The position numbers and the translations under genes were made by a program. A stretch of 64,000 nucleotides of DNA, taken from contig OY782041.1 in NCBI GenBank assembly GCA_963677595.1, forward strand, positions 96,001-160,000, read 5' to 3'. Position 1 is the stretch's first letter. Each line of letters starts with the position of its first letter. The stretch is from Spirochaetia bacterium (lineage in GTDB: Bacteria; Spirochaetota; Spirochaetia; CAKZLE01). Below, one piece after another: positions 1-12,112 of the stretch. Under the pieces are notes generated by a model. The model saw only the letters and a list, made by a program, of their open reading frames with translations. It was not told the origin of the DNA and did not search any database.

Positions 1-2
1 AT

Positions 3-296
3 AACCATATCGCTCTTCCCGTATCGCTGAAGGCCGGGAAGATCCTCGGGTGCAGCACCTATACCAGCCTGGGACAGGTACCAGGACCGGTCGATACCGT
101 CACCCTCTACGTCAACCCAAGGATCCTCGAAGACGAGATCGATGCCATCATAGGGATCAAGCCCAAGCGGGTGATCATGAACCCCGGGACGGAGTCAGTG
201 ACCGCTGCCAGGCGGTTCCTGGACCACGGGATCCGGGTCATCGAGGCCTGCACCCTGGTCCTCCTGAAGACAGGGCAGTACAGGACCGCCTCATGA
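3..296 (+). CDS. CoA-binding protein (CoA_binding_2-like), 5'-truncated by the window edge
   Basis: Frame 3 reads ...VDTVTLYVNPRILEDEIDAIIGIKPKRVIMNPGTES...IEACTLVLLKTGQY, typical of small CoA-binding proteins; not in the ORF track. Confidence 0.8.
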   Translation, partial: NHIALPVSLKAGKILGCSTYTSLGQVPGPVDTVTLYVNPRILEDEIDAIIGIKPKRVIMNPGTESVTAARRFLDHGIRVIEACTLVLLKTGQYRTAS

Positions 297-940
297 CAGG
301 GAAACACTACTCACGGACATTCGCGAACATCCCGAAGCCCAAGCAGCAGCATATATTCTCCATCGCCATCGAGGAGTTCGCGAAGAACGGGTACAAGGCG
401 GCGAACATCAACACCATAGCCCGTGAGGCTGGCATCAGCATCGGATCCATGTACAGCTACTTCTCCTCGAAGGAACGGCTCTTCCTCGCCATCATCGACG
501 AGGGAGTCATGCTTCTGAGGAGCGTGCTGAAGGATGTACGTCAGGAACCCGGGGACTTCTTCGACAAGTACCGGAAGATGCTTAAGGCCGCAGTCTCCTA
601 TGCCAGGGAGTACCGGTACCTGCACCAGATCTACTTAGAGGTGTCGACGGAGGGGCTCTCCCATATCGCAGAGGAACTTACCGAGAGCATGGAGAAGGTC
701 ACCACGGAAGCCTACCGCATCCTCATGGAGGATGCAGTCAGTTCCGGGGAGCTGCGGGAGCAGCTCGACCCTGCTGCAGCCGCCTTCTGCCTGGACAGCC
801 TTGCCATGATCCTGCAGTTCTCATTCGCCTCGAAGTACTACCATGAACGGATGAAGCTCTACTTCGGGCCTGAGATTGATGAGGAGCGAATGATCGACTC
901 CATGATCGATTTAGTACGAAACGGGATCGGCCGTCCCTAA
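293..940 (+). CDS. TetR/AcrR family transcriptional regulator
   Basis: AIEEFAKNGYKAANINTIAREAGISIGSMYSYFSSKE HTH; ATG overlaps the upstream stop (ATGA). Confidence 0.9.
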   Translation: MTGKHYSRTFANIPKPKQQHIFSIAIEEFAKNGYKAANINTIAREAGISIGSMYSYFSSKERLFLAIIDEGVMLLRSVLKDVRQEPGDFFDKYRKMLKAAVSYAREYRYLHQIYLEVSTEGLSHIAEELTESMEKVTTEAYRILMEDAVSSGELREQLDPAAAAFCLDSLAMILQFSFASKYYHERMKLYFGPEIDEERMIDSMIDLVRNGIGRP

Positions 941-1518
941 TAGGGCGTCTTCAGGGCATCGGAGATCTTGTACTCCCGGTAATCGGGAAGATGCATCAAC
1001 GCCGCGGCGGGCAGGTTGAATACCGACTTCAGGCTCTGCCTATGGAGGAGGAGTTCCTCCTGGTAGACGGCGACGAACTCGATGAGTTCCTCTTCCTGGT
1101 CCATGATCTCCCTGATAGGCCTGAGCAGGGCTTGGGGAAGCACATTCCCATACGATTCGACTGCAGCAGGGACGACCTCATTGACCAGCCGGTCAGTAGC
1201 ATCATACCAGGCACTCCGCTCATCCGGGTGCATCAGGAGTGTGGAGTCCTGCAGGAGCAGCGGCTTTAGAGCTGTGCCTGCAGCCTGGAGCAGGGGGTCG
1301 TCCTCACCCTCCAGGGCAAGGACGAGTTCATCCAGACTCTCCGACCGGGCATCAAGCAGTTCAATGATCTTCGTATCAGCAGCCTCGATCCGGGCGACCC
1401 TCCGGCCGATCCCGTTACGCGTGACGATGAGGAAGAGCCCTGCCGCCAGGATCACCAGGGCGATCGCGACGATCATCCTGAACCAGCGCGGGGGATCCTT
1501 CGTGGAGAACGCCATCAC
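937..1518 (-). CDS. LemA-like membrane-anchored protein
   Basis: N-terminal TM helix, then helical domain ending VAVYQEE...VFNLPAAALM, resembling divergent LemA. Confidence 0.55.
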   Translation of the reverse strand: MMAFSTKDPPRWFRMIVAIALVILAAGLFLIVTRNGIGRRVARIEAADTKIIELLDARSESLDELVLALEGEDDPLLQAAGTALKPLLLQDSTLLMHPDERSAWYDATDRLVNEVVPAAVESYGNVLPQALLRPIREIMDQEEELIEFVAVYQEELLLHRQSLKSVFNLPAAALMHLPDYREYKISDALKTPY

Positions 1519-2264
1519 GATCCCTCCTGCCTGAGAGCCTCGAGCAGCCTGCTGTATGCCGTATGGAGCCCCATGAGCTGCCCGGTATCGATCGTCCCCG
1601 GGGCTGGCCGGTCGAGGAACTCATAGATCCCATCAAGCCCACCCCGATCCAGGGCGTACTGGCTCTCCAGGAGCAGGAGCTGTTCAGCCTGGGGCATCTC
1701 CATGAGCGTTCCTACGAGTCCTGGATCCTTCCTGTACAGGAGCCCCCGGTGCAGAGCCGGCTGCTTCTCACACCACCTCCCGAACCGGTCGGCAAGGGCC
1801 CTCCTCCTGCCTTCTGACTGGAGGGCGAGCTGGCGAAGGGAGATGATCGACTGCCGTAGCCGGTCGATGAACCGTTCGGTGCAGGTCCCGGGGTCTGTCT
1901 TCACCCGGTCCAGGAGGTCCTCACCGTGGAGGAGGCGCCCTACTGCCTTCATGTCGGCATACTCGCAGCAGAGCTGTCCCGCAGGGTCAAGGAACTCAGT
2001 TTCGGTGAGGACTGTGGCCTCGATCCGGTACTTCTGCATGATCAGGGAGACCCGGGTTGGGAACGCAGCCAGCCGTTCTTCCAGGCTGCCGTCGAGGACG
2101 AGCAGTATCCGTACCGGTGAGAGTCTAGAGAGGAAGGTACCGTATGCGGCACTCCCATACAGGAGGGCCATGAGGATCTCCCCTCCGGGGAGTACTTCCA
2201 TCACTGCTCGCATGAAGGCATCCACAGCCTCGCTGATGAAGATATCCGGTCTCTGTTCTCGCAT
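1515..2264 (-). CDS. Nucleotidyltransferase-fold protein, catalytic motif degenerate
   Basis: LLYGSAAYG motif; expected DxD position reads SPVRI; GGAGG RBS before MREQRPD. Confidence 0.55.
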   Translation of the reverse strand: MREQRPDIFISEAVDAFMRAVMEVLPGGEILMALLYGSAAYGTFLSRLSPVRILLVLDGSLEERLAAFPTRVSLIMQKYRIEATVLTETEFLDPAGQLCCEYADMKAVGRLLHGEDLLDRVKTDPGTCTERFIDRLRQSIISLRQLALQSEGRRRALADRFGRWCEKQPALHRGLLYRKDPGLVGTLMEMPQAEQLLLLESQYALDRGGLDGIYEFLDRPAPGTIDTGQLMGLHTAYSRLLEALRQEGS

Positions 2265-2352
2265 CGTCCCTCCCGCGTACGTGCAGTATACAACAGATCC
2301 CCGCAGGTGGGAATGCACTGCAGGGACCAAAGGTGATTCTCAAACGGCTATA

Positions 2353-3306
2353 CTATCTGTTCGGTTCGATCCTGGTACCCTTTCCGTGGTGTACCGCATC
2401 GAACAGGTTCGCGGGATTGGTGATCAGACCGGTGTTCCCCGACTTCTCGATGAAGTCGACGACAGCCTGGATCTTGGGGAGCATGCTCCCCGGGGCAAAA
2501 TGGCCCTCATCGATATAGGTCTTTGCCTCATCAACCGAGATGTGTTCGAGGCTCCTCTGCTGCGGTGTCCCATAGTTGAGGCAGACCTGCTCAACGGCTG
2601 TCGAGATGACGAAGAGGTCCGCACCGAGTTCAGTGGCCATGAGGGAGGCGGCAAAATCCTTGTCGATGACCGCCTCGGCACCCGAGAAGGACCCGTCATC
2701 CGATATGGTGACTGGTATGCCCCCGCCGCCCGCGGCGATGACGATGGCTCCGCTGTCGAGGAGCGTCCTGACAGAGTCGAGCTCAACGATCCGTTTCGGC
2801 CGTGGGGAAGGAACTACCCTCCGGTACCCCCTGCCGGCATCCTCCACGACATTCCAGCCGTCATGGTCCCGGTGGTACTCCGCATCATCCTGGGTCATGA
2901 AGTTCCCGATCGGTTTCGTGGGGTTGCCGAAGGAGGGGTCGTCACGATCCACCTCGACCTGGGTGACCACGGTGACGACCGGTCGTGCCATACCTGCCCT
3001 CGCGAACTCGTTATGGAGGGCCATCTGCAGATTATAGCCGATAGCCCCCTGGGTGTCCGCGACACAGGAGTCCAGCGGGACGGTATGGAGGATCCTCCGT
3101 GAGTATTCCGCGCGCCGGAGGATGAACCCGACCTGGGGCCCGTTCCCGTGGGCGATCACGATCCGATGCCCCTCCGAAGCCAGTCGAACGATATGGGCGG
3201 CGGTCTTCCGTGCCGCCTCATACTGTGAGGCTACTGTTACATGTTTCGCATCCTCGATGAGCGAGTTGCCCCCGATCGCGATGACGATCAACTTCCTGTC
3301 TTCCAT
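2353..3306 (-). CDS. arcC: Carbamate kinase
   Basis: IAIGGNSL, HGNGPQVG, PTKPIG, GRGYRRVVPSP, AVIDKD, GSMLPK motifs. Confidence 0.95.
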   Translation of the reverse strand: MEDRKLIVIAIGGNSLIEDAKHVTVASQYEAARKTAAHIVRLASEGHRIVIAHGNGPQVGFILRRAEYSRRILHTVPLDSCVADTQGAIGYNLQMALHNEFARAGMARPVVTVVTQVEVDRDDPSFGNPTKPIGNFMTQDDAEYHRDHDGWNVVEDAGRGYRRVVPSPRPKRIVELDSVRTLLDSGAIVIAAGGGGIPVTISDDGSFSGAEAVIDKDFAASLMATELGADLFVISTAVEQVCLNYGTPQQRSLEHISVDEAKTYIDEGHFAPGSMLPKIQAVVDFIEKSGNTGLITNPANLFDAVHHGKGTRIEPNR

Positions 3307-3466
3307 GACTCTCTCCTGCATATAGAAGCCCATGCCCGGCAAGATTCCCGGGATGAACCGTCTGACGAACTCTATTATATCGCCTTTGCAACAATTTGCA
3401 ACAAATATTTTTTTATCATGGGAGGTTTTTCAACTGATGAATGGTACTCCACTCACCAGCTCCTGT

Positions 3467-3495
3467 TTGACTATTTAGGTTGAATCGGGTATCGT
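3467..3495 (+). promoter_or_regulatory. Putative sigma70 promoter of the queuosine precursor transporter
   Basis: TTGACT-17 bp-TATCGT. Confidence 0.45.
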
Positions 3496-3550
3496 TCCTC
3501 TCAGAAAGAACAGGACATTGATTCTTTCTAACGGGAGGGAAGAAGCACAT

Positions 3551-4222
3551 ATGAATCAGATGGAGCGCAAGACGCAGGTCCTGCTGGCATTGTTCGTCAG
3601 CTCGATGGTAATCGTAAACACACTCGGGTCAAAGATCACGACACTGTTCGGGGTCCGGGTATCAGTCGGGATCTTCTTTGTCCCCCTCCTGTTCCTCATC
3701 ACGGACATCATCGGCGAGGTCCACGGGAGGAAGCGGGCACAGTTCTTCGTGAAAGTGTCATCAGGCATCCTCATCTTCATGTTCGTCATGATCCTGCTCT
3801 GCATCAAACTGCCTGCGAACCCGACCTGGGGAAACCAGGCCCAGTATGAACTGATCTTCGGGAGTTCACTCAGGATGACCTTCGCGAGCATCGTCTCGTT
3901 CATGATCAGCCAGTTCTATGATGTGTTCGCCTTCGACTTCTTCAAGGCGAAGACCAAGGGACGCCACCTGTGGCTGAGGAACAACCTCTCGACGATGACG
4001 AGCCAGTTCATCGACACCACGATCTTCATGTTCCTGGCCTTCTACCATATAAGCCCCAAATTCACCACCGGGTTCATCTTCTCGCTCATCATCCCCTACT
4101 GGATCTTCAAGGTCGCCTTCGCGCTCCTGGACACACCGCTGTGCTACATCGGTGTACGATGGCTCAAGGGCGAGCGCATGCTGAACGGCAAGGACATCGC
4201 ACCGGAGAGTCCAACCGTCTAG
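3551..4222 (+). CDS. Queuosine precursor transporter (YhhQ/VUT family)
   Basis: FLITDIIGEVHG, SQFYDV, LWLRNNLSTMTSQFIDT, LDTP motifs; multiple TM helices. Confidence 0.9.
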   Translation: MNQMERKTQVLLALFVSSMVIVNTLGSKITTLFGVRVSVGIFFVPLLFLITDIIGEVHGRKRAQFFVKVSSGILIFMFVMILLCIKLPANPTWGNQAQYELIFGSSLRMTFASIVSFMISQFYDVFAFDFFKAKTKGRHLWLRNNLSTMTSQFIDTTIFMFLAFYHISPKFTTGFIFSLIIPYWIFKVAFALLDTPLCYIGVRWLKGERMLNGKDIAPESPTV

Positions 4223-4244
4223 GTACGGCAGGACACACCAATTC

Positions 4245-4278
4245 AAAAGAACCGCTTTTCACAGCGGTTCTTTTTTTC
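4245..4278. terminator. Bidirectional intrinsic terminator
   Basis: AAAAGAACCGCT-loop-AGCGGTTCTTTTTTT between convergent genes. Confidence 0.85.
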
Positions 4279-4279
4279 G

Positions 4280-6334
4280 CTATCGGGGCAGACTCACCTC
4301 GACGGCGATCGTGTGCGTCCTCGACCCGTTCGCGGGGGAGGTGGAAACATCCGACGTGAGATGGTTGCAGTCCCCGAGAGAGTCCCCGCGATGCCAGAAC
4401 CCCTGGCAGGTACTGACCGTCCCGCGTACGATCTCATGCTTCAACGATACGGTCCCAACCGTATAGCCGTTGGGGCTCTCCACCCTCACGGTATCACCAT
4501 GGGAGATCTTCCGCTCGGACGCATCCTCCAGGTTCATCCAGATCGTGTCATCCTGCAGCCGGTTCAGCGATTCTATATGGGCATGCTGGGAGTGGATCCG
4601 GTTCCTCGGGTGGGGTGTGACCATGGCAAGCGGATAGGAGCTGTCGGTATACGGCTCCTGCAGCAGGGGATACCGATCCCCGCCGACTGACTCATAGGCC
4701 TCAGAGACCAGCTCGATCTTCCCGCTCGGGGTCTCGAGGGGGAAGGTCCCGGGGTCGGTGAAGAAATCGGAGAAGGCGACGAAGGGTTTGAGCTCACTCT
4801 CATGGAACCCCAGCTCCTTGAACCGCGCGATATCATCGATCTCGCTGTCGGCAAGGAACCCGCTTATCCATTGTTCAGGGGTCTTCCCTTCCGTGAAAGC
4901 CTCCCTGAACCCGAGCCTGCCTGAGAGGTCGGTGAATATCTGGAGGTCGGTCTTCACCCCTGCTGGGGGTTCTACGACCTGCCTCGAGTAAAAGAGATGG
5001 CCGGAGTTGGCAAAGCAGAGGTCCTCACGCTCGGGGAACATGGCGACCGGGAGGATGATGTCGCTGTACCGTGCGGTCGGGGTCATGAACATCTCGTGGG
5101 TGACGACGAACTCCGCCTTCATGAACGCCTTCTTGACCTTGGTGGTGTCGCTGCTCTGGGTGATGAAGTTGCCCCCGACATTGTAGATCACCTTCAACTC
5201 ATGTGCATACCCACCGGCTCTCCCTTCCAGGAAGGCATCTGCCCACCGGTTGACAGGGACCCCGTTGGCCGTGGTCCTGCTGTCGATCGCCCCTGCCCTC
5301 ACCTTCGGTACCTGGTTCCACTGTCCCCCGCCGATGCTGCCTCCTCTCTTCCCGGCATTCCCTGCCATGAGCTGGATGAAGACCAGCAGCCTCTGGAGGT
5401 TCTCACCGCCGAGCGCCCGCTGGAGCGACAGTCCCGGCAGCAGCGCTGCCGGCTTGTCACCGGCAAGGGCTTCGAAGAGCTGGTAGATGGTCTCGATCGG
5501 TATGCCGGTACGTGCAGAGGCCAGTTCCGGTGTCTTCGCTATCCCGTCGACTTTTCCGGTGAGGTAGTCTGCGACCTCATGGTGGCCGATGGCGAATCGG
5601 TCGAGCTCATTGAGACGCCCAGGGAACCTCTCGATGCACAGGTAACCCAGCGCTGCTGCCAGGTAGGAGTCTGTACCGGGGCGTATCCCGATCCATTCCC
5701 CCCGGCACAGCTCCACGCTGTCGGTATGCCGGGGATCGATGACATGGCAGGGGATCCCCTGCGTGCCCGCCTCACGGAGGACCTGCTCGGTCTCGCAGCC
5801 GAACCGGGTATCGCGGGGGTTGAACCCCCAGAGGATGATCGATGAGGAATCGAGCACGGTCCTGACGTCGATACCCACCGCCCGTGTCCCGAAGAGGTAG
5901 GGATTGATGAAATCGACGACCTCGCAGCTGTAGTTCCCCCTCGTATCGGTATAGTCCCCAAGTAACGAGAGGAACCGTTTCGTGAGCGAGCCGGTGTTAT
6001 GGAGGGCTCCCCGGCAGGAGCCAGAACCGCCGATCCTGATGACCTGCGGGGGCGTAACACGCAGGAGCCTCTCCTCGATCAGCGAATAGGCCTCATCCCA
6101 GCTGACCGGGACGAACTCCTCCCCGCCGCGGGGACCTACCCGCTTCATCGGGGAAGTGAGCCGCTCCCCATGGTAGAGGATCTCGGGCATGCGGTAGCCT
6201 TTCACGCAGCCCTGCATGAAGCGGGTACGGTTCGGGTTGTCGACGACCTTCACCAGCCTGCCGTCCTCGATGTGCGCTTCCAGCGCACAGCCTGCACCGC
6301 AGTCCTTGTTGCATGATACCGGGTATCTCTCCAT
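4280..6334 (-). CDS. Molybdopterin oxidoreductase catalytic subunit (DMSO reductase family)
   Basis: N-terminal CNKDCGAGC...C Fe-S motif, RLTSPMKRVG, GNYS, PGTD, TPTARYSDIILP, C-terminal Mo-bisPGD domain; no Tat signal. Confidence 0.9.
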   Translation of the reverse strand: MERYPVSCNKDCGAGCALEAHIEDGRLVKVVDNPNRTRFMQGCVKGYRMPEILYHGERLTSPMKRVGPRGGEEFVPVSWDEAYSLIEERLLRVTPPQVIRIGGSGSCRGALHNTGSLTKRFLSLLGDYTDTRGNYSCEVVDFINPYLFGTRAVGIDVRTVLDSSSIILWGFNPRDTRFGCETEQVLREAGTQGIPCHVIDPRHTDSVELCRGEWIGIRPGTDSYLAAALGYLCIERFPGRLNELDRFAIGHHEVADYLTGKVDGIAKTPELASARTGIPIETIYQLFEALAGDKPAALLPGLSLQRALGGENLQRLLVFIQLMAGNAGKRGGSIGGGQWNQVPKVRAGAIDSRTTANGVPVNRWADAFLEGRAGGYAHELKVIYNVGGNFITQSSDTTKVKKAFMKAEFVVTHEMFMTPTARYSDIILPVAMFPEREDLCFANSGHLFYSRQVVEPPAGVKTDLQIFTDLSGRLGFREAFTEGKTPEQWISGFLADSEIDDIARFKELGFHESELKPFVAFSDFFTDPGTFPLETPSGKIELVSEAYESVGGDRYPLLQEPYTDSSYPLAMVTPHPRNRIHSQHAHIESLNRLQDDTIWMNLEDASERKISHGDTVRVESPNGYTVGTVSLKHEIVRGTVSTCQGFWHRGDSLGDCNHLTSDVSTSPANGSRTHTIAVEVSLPR

Positions 6335-6494
6335 ACTGTTCTCTCCCATAAGAATCGATTCTACTATATGGGATATTTCTTTGCAATCTGCTATACTCAC
6401 GCAATCATCCCGAAAAGAGGAGGCTCCCCTCGATGCAGAGGCCCGAAACAGTACAGAACGAACTGGTTATCCATCAGCACCCGAGGTGCACCGC

Positions 6495-7238
6495 ATGATC
6501 CTCATCGCAGGCGACAGCCTGAGCTCGGGGAACATCGGGATCGGGTATACCACCTTCCTCCCTGAACGGGACTACCTCATCCGGGGCATCGACGGTGATA
6601 CCATGCGGGGGGTCACCGAACGGGTCCTGCGCTACCTGAAGCAGCGAAGGGTCACCGATGGGCTCGAGGGGATCATCATCGAGTGCGGGAGCAATGACGT
6701 GCTGCTCCCCTGGCTCCTGCAGAGCGGGAACCCGGTATTCAGGGAGGCCGCAGCCGGGCTGGTCAATGAGCGGACAGCCCCTGAAGGGTCACCGGCTTCA
6801 TTCGCTTCGGTCTATGACCGCCAGCTCGGCAGAATCGTCGCTGCCGCAGCGGAGGCAGGTCTCTCCCCTGACCGCATCGCGGTGACGGACATCCCGCCGG
6901 TCGGGGAGGATCTCTCGTCCCCGATACAGGGTATCAGGGCCGAGTACAACCGCAGGGTCCAGGAGCTTGCCGCTCAGGCTGGTGCTCAGCTGATCGGGCT
7001 GGGAAGCGTCCTCGAGACGGCCTATTCCAGCTTCCAGCCGGTACCGCCGGGAACCTACTTCATGGATGAGCCTGGGAACTTCGTCCGGGATGCCGCCTTC
7101 ATCGCCGACGACGAGGCGAAAGCCGCAGAACTCAGCAGGAAGCGGGGACTCACCCTCACGGTGGATGGGCTCCACCTCAACGGGAGGGGCGCACGGATCG
7201 CCGCCAGGGCCTTCACCGGGTTCATACAATCGTTATAA
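6495..7238 (+). CDS. SGNH/GDSL hydrolase
   Basis: GDSL, GSND and DGLHLN blocks. Confidence 0.85.
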   Translation: MILIAGDSLSSGNIGIGYTTFLPERDYLIRGIDGDTMRGVTERVLRYLKQRRVTDGLEGIIIECGSNDVLLPWLLQSGNPVFREAAAGLVNERTAPEGSPASFASVYDRQLGRIVAAAAEAGLSPDRIAVTDIPPVGEDLSSPIQGIRAEYNRRVQELAAQAGAQLIGLGSVLETAYSSFQPVPPGTYFMDEPGNFVRDAAFIADDEAKAAELSRKRGLTLTVDGLHLNGRGARIAARAFTGFIQSL

Positions 7239-7327
7239 GAAGAAGATTGCCTGTTTTAGGCTTTCCTCTTACTCTCAGATTGATTACATTTATACATGCA
7301 TAAACAGTTTTAAATGAGGAGGAACGG

Positions 7328-9697
<2,370 letters not shown>

Positions 9698-9704
9698 GGG
9701 CTGT

Positions 9705-10934
9705 ATGGAACTGTTAGCACCTGCGGGAAACCTGGAAAAACTCTATTACGCCTACACCTACGGGGCGGATGCCGCCTACATCGGCTTGAGCAGCTTCTCC
9801 CTGCGTGCCCGCGCTGAGAACTTCCATGACGACCAGCGCCAGGCGATCGAGAGGATCAAGGGAGAGAAGAAGCTCTTCGGGGCTGTGAATATCTACTTCC
9901 ATAACGGGGACCTTGCAAAACTGCGGGATTCGTTCGAACTCATCGAGCAGTACCCGCTCGACGGGTTCATTGTGAGCGACCTCGGCGCTGCGGTGCTCCT
10001 GAAGGAGCGCTTCCCGCAGATCCCGCTCCACCTGAGTACCCAGGCCAACTGCATCAATGCAGAGGCAGCGAAGGTCTACCGTTCCCTCGGGTTCGAGCGT
10101 GTCGTGCTCGGCAGGGAGACCACCCTCGATGAGATCAGGGCGATCAAGGATGCTGCCCCGGAGCTCGAGATCGAGACCTTCGTCCACGGGGCCATGTGCA
10201 TCGCCTACTCGGGGAGGTGCTTCCTCAGCCGCTACATGACCGACCGTTCCGCGAACCAGGGCGACTGTTCCCACTCCTGCAGGTGGGACTACCGGGTCCA
10301 GGGGCTGGAGCTCGCCCTCGAGGAGAAGGAGCGCCCGGGAGAGTACTACCCCATCTATGAGGGGGATGGATTCACCTCCATCCTCTCATCGAAGGATATG
10401 TGCATGATCGACTACCTGCAGGACCTCAAGGATGCAGGCATCGACTCCCTGAAGATCGAGGGGAGGATGAAGTCCATCTACTATGCAGCAGTCACCACGC
10501 GAGCCTACCGGAAGGCACTCGATGCCCTTGAATCAGGGGCTTCCGCCGATACCTGGGCCGGCTACCGGGATGAATTGTACAAGGTCAGCAGGAGGGAATA
10601 CTCCACCGGCTTCTACTTCGGAAAGGAGGAGATCGAGCAGTCCACCCAGCAAAGCTATGCCAGGGAGTACCTCTTCCTCGGCTCGATCGGGAACGAGGCT
10701 GGGAATGGGTATTATGAGCTGGTCGTGAAGAACCAGATCCGAGACCATGAGACCATCGAATACATCGGGCCCGACATCCTCTTCGAGGTTGATGAGGCTT
10801 ACGAGATCGTTGATGAGGAGTACCACCGGGTCAGCAAGGCTGACCATGGGAAACCCTACTTCATCAAGCCCTCAGTCCCGGTACAGCCGGGTTATATCCT
10901 CAGGAAGAAGCGCAAGGCAGACTCCCCGAACTGA
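9705..10934 (+). CDS. Peptidase U32 family protein (TrhP-like RNA hydroxylation)
   Basis: MELLAPAG, HLSTQ, HGAMCIAYSGRC, CSHSCR, SLKIEGRMK. Confidence 0.9.
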   Translation: MELLAPAGNLEKLYYAYTYGADAAYIGLSSFSLRARAENFHDDQRQAIERIKGEKKLFGAVNIYFHNGDLAKLRDSFELIEQYPLDGFIVSDLGAAVLLKERFPQIPLHLSTQANCINAEAAKVYRSLGFERVVLGRETTLDEIRAIKDAAPELEIETFVHGAMCIAYSGRCFLSRYMTDRSANQGDCSHSCRWDYRVQGLELALEEKERPGEYYPIYEGDGFTSILSSKDMCMIDYLQDLKDAGIDSLKIEGRMKSIYYAAVTTRAYRKALDALESGASADTWAGYRDELYKVSRREYSTGFYFGKEEIEQSTQQSYAREYLFLGSIGNEAGNGYYELVVKNQIRDHETIEYIGPDILFEVDEAYEIVDEEYHRVSKADHGKPYFIKPSVPVQPGYILRKKRKADSPN

Positions 10935-10938
10935 TCAC

Positions 10939-11451
10939 CTACATCCTCCTGCTGTCATAGGCCCAGTGCAGCAGGGCCTGACGCTGCCGAGGCCGGCAGC
11001 CGAGGTCCCCTTTGGGGCAATGCTTCTGCAGCTGGGAAATATGACGTTTCATGGCCTTCCAGCGGGTGACCTGCCTCGCATCATCCTCACCCCTCCGTCC
11101 CATATAGTACCGGCAGTACCACTGGAACCAGCCCCTTGGGTCATCCGGGTGGATCCACCCCTTCTCTCTCCAGTACTGCAGGGGCTTCGATGCATCAACC
11201 CCGAAGAAGTTGAGAGAGGGGTCCTTACCTCCTGTGCTGAACACGGCATGGGTGAACCAGGAGTGAGGGAACTCATCAGTGCAGTCCCTCATGTAGACAC
11301 CGCCGAAGACTCCGAGGGAGAGCATCTGCGCAGGGGTGAGCTCAGGAGTGAACCCCTGCGCGAAGTGCTCCCCGATCGGTTCGCTCCGGAAGTAGCTGTA
11401 CCCATCCTGCATCTTGTCATGCACGACGACCCGTATCATCTCACAGAGCAT
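10939..11451 (-). CDS. Conserved hypothetical protein
   Basis: LTPAQMLSLGVFGG, DPRGWFQWYCRYYMGRR and RQALLHWAYD look like a conserved family of unknown function; overlaps the upstream gene. Confidence 0.7.
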   Translation of the reverse strand: MLCEMIRVVVHDKMQDGYSYFRSEPIGEHFAQGFTPELTPAQMLSLGVFGGVYMRDCTDEFPHSWFTHAVFSTGGKDPSLNFFGVDASKPLQYWREKGWIHPDDPRGWFQWYCRYYMGRRGEDDARQVTRWKAMKRHISQLQKHCPKGDLGCRPRQRQALLHWAYDSRRM

Positions 11452-12112
11452 CAGCCTCCCTCCTCAACTGCGTTATATGCTTCCCGGGGGCTACCCCCGC
11501 AGGGCAGACCCTGCTGCAGGCGAAATGGCTCTCGCAGGCATCGACCCCCTCAGGACCGTAGGCGGCAGCTCTCAGCTCCTCGATCTCTTCGGGCTCCTCA
11601 CGCTTGGACAGTTCCCGGTGTACTGCGGCAAGCGGTGCCGGCCCGATGAACGGGCCGCTCACGGGGCAGGCGCTCATGCAGCTCCCGCACTCGATGCAGT
11701 CCTCGAAGCGGGTCCATCCCGCTATGCTGTCGGGAGGGACGGCCCCTGTGCCGGTCCCGCTCTCCCGAAGGTAGGAGTGCACCGGCATCCTCTGCACCAT
11801 CGAGGAGATGTCGACAACGAGGTCTGCTACCAGGGGGAATCCCCGGAGCGGTTCGATGGTGAGGGGCCCTTCCGGCAGGCCGGTGAGGAAGGTCATGCAG
11901 GCCAGCCGCTCCGTACCGTTGATGAGGCAGGCACAGGTACCGCAGGAGCCGTGATGGCAGGAATGGCGGTACTGCAGGGTCGAATCCATCGTGAAGCGGA
12001 TCTCCTCGAGGGCATCGAGGACGGTGAGTCCCTCCTCGAGTTCGAGGGTGAAATCGACAGAGTCCCCTCCCGTGCGTTTGATGGTGAAGGTGAATTTCCT
12101 ACTGCTTCCCAT
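11441..12112 (-). CDS. Succinate dehydrogenase/fumarate reductase-type iron-sulfur subunit
   Basis: SCHHGSCGTC...AC (2Fe-2S), CIECGSCMSACP (4Fe-4S), CESHFACSRVCP (3Fe-4S). Confidence 0.88.
   Translation of the reverse strand: MGSSRKFTFTIKRTGGDSVDFTLELEEGLTVLDALEEIRFTMDSTLQYRHSCHHGSCGTCACLINGTERLACMTFLTGLPEGPLTIEPLRGFPLVADLVVDISSMVQRMPVHSYLRESGTGTGAVPPDSIAGWTRFEDCIECGSCMSACPVSGPFIGPAPLAAVHRELSKREEPEEIEELRAAAYGPEGVDACESHFACSRVCPAGVAPGKHITQLRREADAL

Noticed and set aside
50-292. N-terminal extension of the TetR ORF in the ORF track
   Set aside because: It overlaps the real CoA-binding gene in another frame; TetR starts at 293
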